Part shown: piece by piece, positions 19,082 through 29,136 of the stretch
How the letters are laid out: each line of letters opens with the position of its first letter
How positions within the stretch are numbered: the stretch's first letter is position 1
Source: Nannocystales bacterium
Lineage (GTDB): Bacteria; Myxococcota_A; Polyangia; Nannocystales; Nannocystaceae
Assembly: GCA_050633305.1 (NCBI GenBank)
Contig: JBOEGF010000053.1
Coordinates: forward strand, 1 to 52,586
Reading direction: 5' to 3'
DNA length: 52,586 nt
The notes under the pieces: model-generated
The model's database searches: none
Told to the model about the DNA's origin: nothing
What the model saw: only the letters and a program-made list of their open reading frames with translations
Made by a program: the position numbers and the translations under genes

Positions 19082-20422
19082 GTGAAGATCACGTTCGTCA
19101 ACCACGCCTCGGTCCTGATGGAGCACGAGGGGACGAGCCTGCTGACGGACCCATGGTGGTTCGGCGACGCTTTCAACGCGGGCTGGCAACTGCTGGCACA
19201 GACGCCGCTGCCCCCGGAGGCGTTGAGCACGGTGGACTACATTTGGGTCTCGCATGAGCACCCCGATCACTTCAGCCCCCGCGTCCTGACGTCCATTCCG
19301 GAGCAGGAGCGGTCTGGAGTCGAGGTGCTGTACCAGGAGACACGGGACGGCAAGGTGCTCTCGTTCTGCAAAGCGAAGGGCTTCGCGACCCGTGAGCTCG
19401 GTCAAGCCACACCAACGGCCCTTCGCGGGGGACTCATCGCAACCTGCGCAGGCGTCCCGATCTACGACTCGTGGTTGTTGCTCGAGATCGGGGGTGTGCG
19501 AGTACTCAACCTCAATGACGCACCGCTGCACAGCCCCCGAAAGCTCGAGCAGTTTTTGCGGGACCACGGTCCCATCGATGTGCTGCTGACCCAGTTCGGC
19601 TATGCGGGCTGGCGCGGGAACGAGGAGGACCACGCCCTACGGCGCTCCGACGCCGAACGGAAGCTCGCGATGATGGAGCGACAGATTCGGCATCTGAGGC
19701 CCAAGGTCACGATCCCCTTCGCAAGCTTCGCGTTCTACGGGCACGAAGAGAACAGCTACATGAACGACGGCCTGGGCGATGTTGCCGAGGCCACTCGGGT
19801 GATCGAACGCGGCGGCTCGGAGGCAGTTGTCATGTTCCCCGGGGACACATGGTCTCCCGACGCCGTGCACGACAACAGGCCGGCCCTAGACCGGTGGGCC
19901 GAGCTCCGCTCCGCCCTGGCAGACCGCCCGCTCAAGAGTTCCCCAAAGCACTCTTGGGACGAGCTGTGCGAGGCGGCAGACCGCTACGCACAACGCATCA
20001 CCGAAGCGAACGACGCCCGTACGCTCAAGCTCCTGAGACTCAACCCCATCTTGCCCGCGCTGCGCCCCGTCGAGCTGCACCTGTGGGACCTCGACTGCGA
20101 CGTCCGTTTCTCGTTCGAGCGTGGACTCGAGCGCATCGATCGGCGCACGCAGGACTACGACCTGCGCATGGGCTCCGATAGCTTGCACTTCATGTTCGCC
20201 CACCCCTGGGGAACCGACACACTCACGGTCAACGCTCGCTTCCGCGCCGACGCAGGCGGGGTGAAACGGCTCCTCACAACGTTTGGCGTGGACCAACTCA
20301 ACAACGTCGGCATCCGGGTTTCGCCAAGCTTTCTCGTCGACTTTCCCTCGCACGCGTTTCTGCTCAAGGCGTTGGGGCGCAAGTTATGGAGCCTCCGAGC
20401 GCAGCGAACAGCCTCGCGTTGA
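19082..20422 (+). CDS. MBL-fold metallo-hydrolase (UlaG/CMAH-like)
   Basis: GTG at 19082; ITFVNHAS, TDPWWFG, SHEHPDH, NLND, IPFAS. Confidence 0.85.
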   Translation: MKITFVNHASVLMEHEGTSLLTDPWWFGDAFNAGWQLLAQTPLPPEALSTVDYIWVSHEHPDHFSPRVLTSIPEQERSGVEVLYQETRDGKVLSFCKAKGFATRELGQATPTALRGGLIATCAGVPIYDSWLLLEIGGVRVLNLNDAPLHSPRKLEQFLRDHGPIDVLLTQFGYAGWRGNEEDHALRRSDAERKLAMMERQIRHLRPKVTIPFASFAFYGHEENSYMNDGLGDVAEATRVIERGGSEAVVMFPGDTWSPDAVHDNRPALDRWAELRSALADRPLKSSPKHSWDELCEAADRYAQRITEANDARTLKLLRLNPILPALRPVELHLWDLDCDVRFSFERGLERIDRRTQDYDLRMGSDSLHFMFAHPWGTDTLTVNARFRADAGGVKRLLTTFGVDQLNNVGIRVSPSFLVDFPSHAFLLKALGRKLWSLRAQRTASR

Positions 20423-20740
20423 GCGTGCGCGGGATTGTTGAGCCATGCGGGGCCCCGCAAACGTCTGCCCGGTCGGATGCTCCTCGCTCAAGCGTCGTTC
20501 CCCGCCCTCGCGCTGGCCCTGACGACCAACCCGGTGGGGACGCCACCCATCCATCCGTTCGAAGGGCTCTGCGAGAACACCCCGAGTGCCCCGAACTGTG
20601 TGATGACCGACGAGGACGCGCTTCAACTGCAAGAGATCGCGTGGGCGTCGGTGGGGCAGCAGACGCCACCAGACGGCGCGGCCGACCGCAACGACAGCAC
20701 GAGCGCCGATCTGCGGGTAGCCCGGTGCAGCGGGCCACGG

Positions 20741-21775
20741 TCACCGAATCAGCTTGTTGATTCGCTGCTGCAGTGGCTGCTCGATCACCCAACACAATGC
20801 AAACAACATCGGTGTGATCCACAGGAAATCGAGCGCACCAAAGCCGGTCGAGATCGTCTTGGCGATGAAGATGAACGGCAGATGCATCACGTACAGCGCG
20901 TAGGAAAACGGCGCGATACGACCAAAGGGGCGAAGCAGGAGTTCGATCCCGAATCCTCCCAACCGAACCCAAGCCCATCCGACACCCACGACGAGCAGCG
21001 TGGTGATGAAGTGCCGCGCGGTGATTCCGGGGTGATGATAGAGGTCGAACGCCCCGGTTTCCCTCGCCTGCAGCGCGGTGACGGCGATCCACCCGAGCGT
21101 GACGACGAGCGCTCCTGCGACCGCAGGCGCCTGTCGACGCACCGTCACGCGGCCTTCGGCCACCCACTGCGCCGCGAGTTCGGCACCGATCCACCACAGG
21201 ACAAAGTAGCTGGCGACCAACGACAATGGGTTGGGGACCACGACATCGGAAAGCAGTCCCGCCCCCGAGATCAGCGTTGCCCACCACCAGCGAACCTTGC
21301 CGCCGGTCCCCGCGAACACAGCGAAGAACAGCACGTAGAACCACCATTCATACGACAAGGACCACAGCGGTTCGTTGCCCATGTAGCAGCTGACCCACTG
21401 CCCCGGACTGCGCTCGAGTCCCTGGAGCTGCAGCAAGTTCAGACCGAGTTCGCGAAGGTCTGGGGGCACCCAGGAGCCGGCTTGCACGCTCGCCGCGACA
21501 TACGAAAGCGCGAGCGCCAAAGCGAACACCGGGTAGATTCTGCGGAACCGACGAACAAAATAGTCGCGCGCGGTAAGGCTGCCCCGACGTAGCGCTGACA
21601 CGTGAATCACGAAGCCCGACAGCAGGAAGAACAGCAGCACCGCGACCTGGCCGAACACGAAGAAACGCGCCACGCCAGGCGCCTCGGGCAGGTTGTGACG
21701 CACGTAGTGATGCACGAAGACGTAGAAGCTGGCCGCACCGCGCAACTGCTCCAGGCGCTCGAGCTTTCCACTCAC
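20741..21775 (-). CDS. Acyltransferase-3 family membrane O-acyltransferase
   Basis: LRGAA..VFVHH, AVLLFFLLSGF, RRFRRIYP, LWSLSYEWWFY, SYALYVMH. Confidence 0.92.
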   Translation of the reverse strand: MSGKLERLEQLRGAASFYVFVHHYVRHNLPEAPGVARFFVFGQVAVLLFFLLSGFVIHVSALRRGSLTARDYFVRRFRRIYPVFALALALSYVAASVQAGSWVPPDLRELGLNLLQLQGLERSPGQWVSCYMGNEPLWSLSYEWWFYVLFFAVFAGTGGKVRWWWATLISGAGLLSDVVVPNPLSLVASYFVLWWIGAELAAQWVAEGRVTVRRQAPAVAGALVVTLGWIAVTALQARETGAFDLYHHPGITARHFITTLLVVGVGWAWVRLGGFGIELLLRPFGRIAPFSYALYVMHLPFIFIAKTISTGFGALDFLWITPMLFALCWVIEQPLQQRINKLIR

Positions 21776-22950
21776 CGGGCCGGCCGCTCCTGCATCGCTC
21801 GGCGATAGATCGCCCAGATTCGGCGAAGGTGCACCACGAACGAAAACTCGGACTCGTAGCGAGCCCGCCCGGCCGCCCCCATTCGGACCCGAAGCGACGG
21901 GTCTACGATCAGCGCCCGCAAGGCATCGGCCAAGGCGGAGACATCATCGCGGGGAACGACGAATCCAGTCTCCCCATCCGCCACCGCTTCACACACCCCC
22001 CCCGCATCGGTCGAAACCACGGGCAGGGCGGCCCGCATCGCTTCCAGCACGGACAGCGGGAGACCTTCGCGGCGACTGGCGAGCAGGAACACTTGGCTGC
22101 CCGCCAACCGCTGGGGCACATCGCTCACCGTCCCGGCCAACGTGACCCGGTCGAGCAGTCCATGCTCGGACAGGCGCGCCTGCACCGACGCCCGCAAGGG
22201 GCCATCACCGACGAGCGTGAAGTGCCAAGGGAGTGCTCGTAGTTGGGCCAACGCCTCGATGGCCAGCAATGGGTCCTTGGGTCGCTCGAGCCGCGCGACC
22301 ATCAGCACCTCGGGCTGCGTGTCGACGGGTTGGCACCGCAGGGCTGCAGCGACATCCGGGAGCGCGTTGTGGACGACCACTCTCTGGTGAGGCAGCCCGA
22401 TGCCGTGTTCCTCGGCCACGCGGCGGTCGTAGCCGGAGACGAAGATCATCGCACCGCTCCCCCACGCGCAGGCCTGCTCGGCGAGGCGAATGGCGTGCCG
22501 AGCGGGTGCAAGTCGACCAGGTGAGAGCGGCCAACCGTGCACGGTGAACACGGAGGGGATGCGCAAGGCCCGTGCCGCCACGCGACCCAGCCACCCTGCC
22601 TTGGTCGCGTGCGTCGAAACGAGGTCGGGCGCGAACGCTCGCAGTGCCCGCGTCAGTTCGACCAAGCCCAAGGTGTCGACCCCAGGCCGGATCGCCCGCC
22701 GCAGGTACCGCAGGCTGGTAAACGGGACGCCGGCCGCGTCCAGCATTCGACACCACGGGCCGTCCTCGCCGACGAACACATGCGCCTGATGCCCCGCGTC
22801 GTTCAGCGCCTTGGCGAGCAGCTGGACGTGGAGCTGAGACCCCCCGACCGCATCACTTCGGGTGATGACGAACGCGACACGACGCGGCGTGTCCTGGGTA
22901 GGATCGAACTCGGGGGGCGCGAGGCTCAACGACGCAGACGGTAGCAGCAT
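21772..22950 (-). CDS. GT4 glycosyltransferase
   Basis: GGSQLH, VARLERPKD, SRREGLPLSVLEAM, DGETGFVV. Stop overlaps the acyltransferase start. Confidence 0.92.
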   Translation of the reverse strand: MLLPSASLSLAPPEFDPTQDTPRRVAFVITRSDAVGGSQLHVQLLAKALNDAGHQAHVFVGEDGPWCRMLDAAGVPFTSLRYLRRAIRPGVDTLGLVELTRALRAFAPDLVSTHATKAGWLGRVAARALRIPSVFTVHGWPLSPGRLAPARHAIRLAEQACAWGSGAMIFVSGYDRRVAEEHGIGLPHQRVVVHNALPDVAAALRCQPVDTQPEVLMVARLERPKDPLLAIEALAQLRALPWHFTLVGDGPLRASVQARLSEHGLLDRVTLAGTVSDVPQRLAGSQVFLLASRREGLPLSVLEAMRAALPVVSTDAGGVCEAVADGETGFVVPRDDVSALADALRALIVDPSLRVRMGAAGRARYESEFSFVVHLRRIWAIYRRAMQERPAR

Positions 22951-22953
22951 TGC

Positions 22954-24717
22954 TCAGGGCACGCCCATCGAGGCGACCTCCAAGGCGTGAATGTGTTCCT
23001 CGACGCGAGAGCGCATCAGCGCGAGCGCGGCGTCGTCGTAGCGACCGGCCAGCGCGTCGATGAACGGAGCCTCGGCAGGTGTCCCGATCTTGGCCGAGAG
23101 CCGGTCCACGTCGACTCCTCCGGGGATGCGCATGACATCGCGGCGCAGGCCGTCGAGATAGGCTTGCGCGCGCTGGGCCACCTCGGGCGCTCGAGCTCCG
23201 AGCCGTGCGATCGCCGACTGCAATGCGGCGAGGTAACGAAGGTCGTCGTGCCCCTCGGACAACGCCGTCCAGATCCGAGTCGGCATGAGGACATCGGGGT
23301 CGTCCGGGTCGGGAAAGGCCATTCCGAAGTCGTGGCTGCGACCATCGCGGTCGTCGAGCGGCTTCCCGTCGAACGACTGGTACGCCCATGTGATGTGGGC
23401 TTCGAATGGGCTGGCCCAAAGGTACAGGCCGTTGACCAACCGGGCCCAACGTCCGGTGAAGTAGGACCCGCGTTCGTTGTGGTAAAACCAGGCCGTATCG
23501 CCACTGTCGTGCAGCTCTTGGCGATACTCCGTCACGGTGCCTCCGCGGAGCAACCACCACTCGAACGAGTATCCGTGGTGGCTCCGGACATCGACGAGTG
23601 GGTCGATACGGGCCCGTGCGCGGTCGAACGATGGGTCCGCGGTCGACAGCGTGGCATGGGTCCGCAGTCCTGCAGCTGCGGCGAAGGGCGCCAGACGTTC
23701 GAACAGCGGAAGACGACCGCGGTCGAAGATCTCATCGACGTGCATGACGACCACGTCCTGCTCTGCAAAGCGCTCTTGCAGGTCCGCGATCGCGTCCAAG
23801 GTCCGCGTGGCGGCCTCGGCAAACACCGTGTCGGCGTCCAACGATGCCCCCTGCGCGTTCGCATACGCGACATCGGTGTGGCCGAGCATCTGCGCCAACG
23901 CGACCAAACCACTGTCGACGACCACCGTTCCGTGAAACCCAGCCTCGCGCGTCAACACGAGCGCCGCCTCGATGGGGTCCGTGTCGACCGCCGCGACATG
24001 ACCCGGACCCCAGCCGAACCGCGGCCGGACATCGAGCACAAGCGTGTCCACGCCGTGCTCCCGCATGTCCGCGAGTTCACGCCGGACCCGGGGAGCATCA
24101 CCGAGGCGTCGGTGCATTCGGTAGTACATGCCCAGGTGCTTGTCGCCCGAGGTCGCCAGGGACATCTCCCGCACCCGAACCCGCACCGGACGGCGCAGCG
24201 TCGTCTTCCCCAGCTGGACCTCGAGTTCGCCCGCGTAGACACCAGGCGGCGTCGCAGCGGGCACATCAACCTCCAGCCAGACCTCCTCGAACGTCCCAGA
24301 TTCGACCGCATGCGGGACGAACTTCGGGGCGAAACGACCGACGACCTCGGTCTCACTGCCCAGGAACTGCCTCCGCACGGGCACTCGGCGGACTCGACGA
24401 AGCGAGGTCACGGTGGCGGGCAGTTCGTGCGCCGGAGATCCGAGCGCGGGACGCTGAACATCGAGGGTGCCCTGCTCCGCTCCCGCGTAGACAACGAAGG
24501 CCGCCCGCTCCCGTTCACCCGCGGCGGCGACGAGGGTCAGCGGCGTTGTCTCGAGCCACGGGCTTGGGCTCCGGCGCGGATCGACATCGTCGAGCGGGCG
24601 ATGCACCGCCAGACGCATCGGGCCCTTGCTCGGGACACTCGTGGGCTGCGCACCTGCATCCGCGGGCGCGACCGCGAGGACACACCCCAGCGCCAGCGCT
24701 CGTAGAACCCACTCCAC
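22954..24717 (-). CDS. Secreted GH123/DUF4091-like glycoside hydrolase
   Basis: Signal peptide; VWLEVDVPAATPPGVYAG, a DE pair (HVDEI), and C-terminal PTRIWTALSEGHDDLRYL. Confidence 0.7.
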   Translation of the reverse strand: MEWVLRALALGCVLAVAPADAGAQPTSVPSKGPMRLAVHRPLDDVDPRRSPSPWLETTPLTLVAAAGERERAAFVVYAGAEQGTLDVQRPALGSPAHELPATVTSLRRVRRVPVRRQFLGSETEVVGRFAPKFVPHAVESGTFEEVWLEVDVPAATPPGVYAGELEVQLGKTTLRRPVRVRVREMSLATSGDKHLGMYYRMHRRLGDAPRVRRELADMREHGVDTLVLDVRPRFGWGPGHVAAVDTDPIEAALVLTREAGFHGTVVVDSGLVALAQMLGHTDVAYANAQGASLDADTVFAEAATRTLDAIADLQERFAEQDVVVMHVDEIFDRGRLPLFERLAPFAAAAGLRTHATLSTADPSFDRARARIDPLVDVRSHHGYSFEWWLLRGGTVTEYRQELHDSGDTAWFYHNERGSYFTGRWARLVNGLYLWASPFEAHITWAYQSFDGKPLDDRDGRSHDFGMAFPDPDDPDVLMPTRIWTALSEGHDDLRYLAALQSAIARLGARAPEVAQRAQAYLDGLRRDVMRIPGGVDVDRLSAKIGTPAEAPFIDALAGRYDDAALALMRSRVEEHIHALEVASMGVP

Positions 24718-24763
24718 GGACCCAGTCTCGCATGCGTTCGAACGTTCCTGATAGGATCGCTCG

Positions 24764-25618
24764 ATGCACGCCAGCGCCGAGTTCGCGGAATCGCAGTGCC
24801 GCCTTTGTGGAACCGGCGGCTCGGTCTACATGCAGCGGCCCGAGTTCTCGATCCGCCGGTGCAGCGCGTGTGCCACCCTCTGGTGCGACCCGCTGCGCTT
24901 CAACGACACCTTCAACCCGGACAACGAAGACGCGTACCTCGAGGTCGACGACGCGATCGCAAGCGAGAACCGAGGCCGCGTGGAGTTTGTGCAAGCCCAC
25001 GCGCCTCCCTCGTCTCACGAGCGCCTCGTTGAAATCGGCTGCATGCACGGAGACTTCATCGAGCAAGCTCGACGCAGCGGCTATGACGCCCTGGGTCTCG
25101 ATCTCTCACAGACCGCCGTAGAGCACGCCGCAAAACACCGGCCCGGCATGGTCGAGTACGGGACGCTCGGCGAGGACCAGGCCGACGCGTCGCTGGACGT
25201 TGTCGCAGGCTTCAACGTCGTCGAACACATGGAGGACCCCGGGGAGTTCCTCGACCACGTTCACCGCGTGTTGCGACCCGGAGGATGGTTCTTCGCCGAG
25301 ACCCCGGCGCAAGAGAGCCTGTACCACTGGGCGTTCATGGCCCGGGGCTTCGTGCAATCGAGCGCGGCGCAGCTCGAGGTGGGCATGCATCCAGGAACGC
25401 ACATCTTCAAGTTCGGCAAGAAAGCGTGGCGCAACGTGCTCGAGCGGCGCGGATTCTCGGTCGCAACGATCCAGTCCAAGTCGACTCCCCTTCGGGAGCT
25501 GCTTGCGAAGAACAAGCAGGCGCCCCTGCTGTTCCGCGGCGGTATCGTTGGCGTCGGTGCCCTGGCCCGAGCCACTGGTCTTGGCAACCGGGTCCTCATC
25601 GCGGGACAGCGGCGCTGA
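24764..25618 (+). CDS. Class I SAM methyltransferase with N-terminal CxxC..CxxC
   Basis: CRLC, CSAC, VEIGCMHG, NVVEHMEDP, LRPGG. Confidence 0.88.
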   Translation: MHASAEFAESQCRLCGTGGSVYMQRPEFSIRRCSACATLWCDPLRFNDTFNPDNEDAYLEVDDAIASENRGRVEFVQAHAPPSSHERLVEIGCMHGDFIEQARRSGYDALGLDLSQTAVEHAAKHRPGMVEYGTLGEDQADASLDVVAGFNVVEHMEDPGEFLDHVHRVLRPGGWFFAETPAQESLYHWAFMARGFVQSSAAQLEVGMHPGTHIFKFGKKAWRNVLERRGFSVATIQSKSTPLRELLAKNKQAPLLFRGGIVGVGALARATGLGNRVLIAGQRR

Positions 25619-25696
25619 CGGCGGCGCACCTAGCGCCAAATCGCCAAAACCCTTGGAACTCCCGAGACTAAGCAGATCCGCGCTATCGTCCGAGCC

Positions 25697-27781
25697 GTGA
25701 AGGGCCTTCGGATCGAGCACGCGTGTGTCGCGCCACTCCTCCTGTCTGTCGCACTGCTGGGCTGCGGGCGCACCGACACCGTTGCCTCTGCTTCGCGGGG
25801 TGCGACGACCGGCGACACCGACGGGCCGACCGGATCGTCCGATTCGGGAACCGGCAGCGCCGAGAGCTCGACCACCGAGGGGTCCGAGAGTTCAACCACC
25901 GATGGTGGGCTGTGCGGCAACGCGATCCTCGACGACTTCGAACAATGCGACCCGGGCGATGCAGCCATCGGCCCCGGCCAGGCGTGTCTTCCTGGATGTG
26001 TCCTCAACGTCTGCGGCGACGGTGATGTGGGGCCAACAGAGCAGTGCGACGACGGCAACAGCGACGATGGTGACGGGTGCCGCAACGACTGCGTCCTGGG
26101 AAGCTGCAACGACGGCAACGTCGACGCCGGCGAGGAGTGCGACGACGGCAACTTCGACGACACCGATGGCTGCATCTCCGACTGCACGCTTCCGCGATGC
26201 GGCGACGGCTTCACCCGCTCCGGCGTGGAGGAGTGCGACGACGGCGACGAAGGCAACACCCCCTTCGGCACGTGCACACCCAACTGCACGCTCAACGTCT
26301 GCGGCGACGGCTTCCAGCGGTTCGACGAGCAATGCGACCCCGGCGAGGATGAGATCGGTCCCGGCTTCGAGTGCCGCGATGGCTGCATCCTCAACGTGTG
26401 CGGAGATGGCGAGCCATGGGCCGGAGAAGCCTGTGATGACGGCAACGCCGACCCCACCGATGCGTGCGTGAACTGTGTGCCGGCGCAGTGTGGAGATGGG
26501 TTCGTCTTCGCGGGGACCGAGGACTGCGACGACGGCGATTTTGACGACGTCGACGCATGCCACAACGATTGCAGCTTCCACCGCGTCACCAAGGTGAGCC
26601 TCGGCGGCAACCACTCCTGTGCCTTGTTCGACTCGGGCAACGTCCAGTGCTGGGGCAACGGGAACAACGGCCGGACCGGACACGGCGACGAAGAGAACAT
26701 CGGCGATGATGAGCCCGCCGGCGCAGCGGGGTTCCTCTCGGTCGGCGCCCAAGTCGACGACATGGTCGCCGCGCTCTCGCACACCTGTTTTCACTTCGAG
26801 GGCGCCGGAATGATCTGCTTTGGGCGCGGGGCTGAGGGCCAGCTGGGCTACGGCAACACCAACGATCTGGGCGACGATGAACTCCCCTCGGCGCTCGGAC
26901 TTGTTCCCCTCGGTGGCAGCTCCGCCCTCTTCGGCGCGCGCGGGGGTGCGTTCCACTCCTGTGCCGCGCTCGACGGTACGAACCAGCTTCAGTGTTGGGG
27001 CGCCCAGACCTTCTTCCAGCTGGGCACGCCAGGGGTGACGGAGAACATCGGCGACAACGAGCCCGCTTCCGCCGCGGGCATCGTCAACCTCGGGGCGGGC
27101 ACGATTGCCGAGGTCGTGACCGGAGCCCGTCACAGCTGCGTGCTCATGGAAAGCGGTGCGGTGCGGTGCTGGGGCGAGGCCTCCGATGGTGCGTTGGGCT
27201 ACGGCGACGTCAACGATGTCGGCGATGGCGAGTTCCCGTCCGCGGCCGGCGACGTCAACTTGGGGGCTCCAGCGACCCAGCTCACCGCCGGATGGTTCCA
27301 CACCTGCGCCATCACGGTGAACGATGAAGTCCTGTGCTGGGGCCGCGGCGCGAGCGGCCGTTTGGGCTACGCAAGCACGGTCTCCGTCGGGGCGACCTTC
27401 CCTCCCGTCAACGCGGGCGCGGTCAACATCGGGCCGGGCATCCCAGTGCAGATCGCCGCGGGCTTGGGCCACACCTGCGTGCGCATGGATGACGGCGCAG
27501 TCCGCTGTTGGGGTGACGCGAGCCGCGGACAACTCGGCTACGGCAACGTCACCACCATCGGGGACGATGAAGCTCCGGCAGTCGCTGGCGACGTTCCCCT
27601 GGGCGAACCCGCGTCGTTCCTCGCGGTCGACGGCAACCACGGGTGCGCCATTCTGCAAAGCACGGGCGCGATCCGCTGTTGGGGCCAAGGGGGCGATGGT
27701 CGGCTCGGCTACGGCAACCTCGGCGACGTCGGCGACAATGAGACCCCGGCCGCCGCCGGCGACGTTCCCCTCTTCCCGTAG
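25697..27781 (+). CDS. Lipoprotein with Myxococcus Cys-rich repeats (DUF4215) and RCC1-like beta-propeller
   Basis: Lipobox LLGC; about 7 CGDG..ECDDGN repeats; repeated HSC..CWG..GQLGYG. Confidence 0.9.
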   Translation: MKGLRIEHACVAPLLLSVALLGCGRTDTVASASRGATTGDTDGPTGSSDSGTGSAESSTTEGSESSTTDGGLCGNAILDDFEQCDPGDAAIGPGQACLPGCVLNVCGDGDVGPTEQCDDGNSDDGDGCRNDCVLGSCNDGNVDAGEECDDGNFDDTDGCISDCTLPRCGDGFTRSGVEECDDGDEGNTPFGTCTPNCTLNVCGDGFQRFDEQCDPGEDEIGPGFECRDGCILNVCGDGEPWAGEACDDGNADPTDACVNCVPAQCGDGFVFAGTEDCDDGDFDDVDACHNDCSFHRVTKVSLGGNHSCALFDSGNVQCWGNGNNGRTGHGDEENIGDDEPAGAAGFLSVGAQVDDMVAALSHTCFHFEGAGMICFGRGAEGQLGYGNTNDLGDDELPSALGLVPLGGSSALFGARGGAFHSCAALDGTNQLQCWGAQTFFQLGTPGVTENIGDNEPASAAGIVNLGAGTIAEVVTGARHSCVLMESGAVRCWGEASDGALGYGDVNDVGDGEFPSAAGDVNLGAPATQLTAGWFHTCAITVNDEVLCWGRGASGRLGYASTVSVGATFPPVNAGAVNIGPGIPVQIAAGLGHTCVRMDDGAVRCWGDASRGQLGYGNVTTIGDDEAPAVAGDVPLGEPASFLAVDGNHGCAILQSTGAIRCWGQGGDGRLGYGNLGDVGDNETPAAAGDVPLFP

Positions 27782-27792
27782 CGCCCCCTGCC

Positions 27793-29136
27793 ATGCCGGT
27801 CTTCCTCATCCTCTTGCTGGATGCCGTGTTTATCGCGGGCGCCGTGGAACTCACGGCGTGGTTGGTCGGCACATACATCTTCGTCGGTGCGGACGTTGGC
27901 TTTCGCGGCATCACCGTGTCCGCCTCGGTCGGTCTGCTCAGCGGCGTCGCGGCCTCGTATCTCACGGGCCTGCATCAAACCTCGATGGTCCTCCAGCGCA
28001 AGGAGGTCGCGATGCGTTCGTTGCTTGTCGGCATCGCGACCGCCCTGGGGGTCCTGCTCGCGAGCCACTTCGTCTGGTACCAGGCGCTGGGTCGCACCGT
28101 CCTGCTGTTCGTCGCTGCGGCGGGGGCAGCTGGCGTGCTCGGATGGAGGCTGGTCTACGCGCGCTACCTCGAGCGAGGACCCCGGATCCGTATCGCCGTC
28201 CTCGGAGATGGTCCGGCCGAACGTGCACTCATCACCCGGATCGCCAACACCAAGCACACCCGGTACGACGTCGTCGGTGTCCTGGGAAACGACACCGATG
28301 CCCTCGACGTCCCCGTTCTGGGGCCTCTCGAGGACGCAGTGCAGGCGTGTCAGGCTCATCGTGTCGAGGTCGTCATGGTGGTGACCAGCGCGGCGGTCGA
28401 CCCGATGCGTCAGGCAGCACTCACCCAGCTGCGGGTGCACGGCCTGGAGATCAAGACCGCCGAGGCCCTCATCATGGGCATGCAACGGCGCGTTCCCGTG
28501 GACATGGTCGACGAGCGATGGCTGCTCCACCTGTTCGAGCAGCTCGACCAAACCCGTGACCGGGTCAAGCGGGTCCTCGATGTCAGCGTCGCAGCTGCGG
28601 GCCTCGCCGTGTTCGGTGCGATGTTTCCCTTGTTGTACGTCATGCTTCGGTTCGACTCGCCGGGGCCCTTCTTCTACACACAGAACCGCGTCGGCCTCGG
28701 CAACCGGCCGTTCCGCATCTACAAGGTGCGTACGATGACCGTCGCCGCGCCCGACGCGACCCAACAGTGGGCCAGCAAGCAAGATGCCCGAACGACCCGT
28801 CTGGGTCGCATGCTCCGCCGCACCCGCATCGACGAGATGCCCCAGTTTTGGAACGTGCTCCGCGGGGACATGTCGATTGTCGGGCCCCGTCCCGAGCAGC
28901 CCGCCCTCGCCGCGGACCTCGAGTCCCAGATCAACTACTTCAGCTACCGCCACCTCGTGAAGCCGGGCATCACCGGATGGGCGCAGATCAACGACGGCTA
29001 TGCCGACTCGATCGAAGCCACCCGGACCAAGCTCGGATATGACCTCTACTACGTTCGGCACCACACCTTGGTGCTCGACATCGACATCATGCTGCGGACC
29101 TTCTTCGTGATGGTGGCGCGGATCGGCTCCCGATGA
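27793..29136 (+). CDS. Polyprenyl-phosphate sugar-1-phosphate transferase (priming GT, WcaJ/WbaP family)
   Basis: KRVLD, FYTQNRVG, RIDEMPQFWNVLRGDMSIVGPRPE, VKPGITGWAQI, DLYY. Confidence 0.95.
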   Translation: MPVFLILLLDAVFIAGAVELTAWLVGTYIFVGADVGFRGITVSASVGLLSGVAASYLTGLHQTSMVLQRKEVAMRSLLVGIATALGVLLASHFVWYQALGRTVLLFVAAAGAAGVLGWRLVYARYLERGPRIRIAVLGDGPAERALITRIANTKHTRYDVVGVLGNDTDALDVPVLGPLEDAVQACQAHRVEVVMVVTSAAVDPMRQAALTQLRVHGLEIKTAEALIMGMQRRVPVDMVDERWLLHLFEQLDQTRDRVKRVLDVSVAAAGLAVFGAMFPLLYVMLRFDSPGPFFYTQNRVGLGNRPFRIYKVRTMTVAAPDATQQWASKQDARTTRLGRMLRRTRIDEMPQFWNVLRGDMSIVGPRPEQPALAADLESQINYFSYRHLVKPGITGWAQINDGYADSIEATRTKLGYDLYYVRHHTLVLDIDIMLRTFFVMVARIGSR

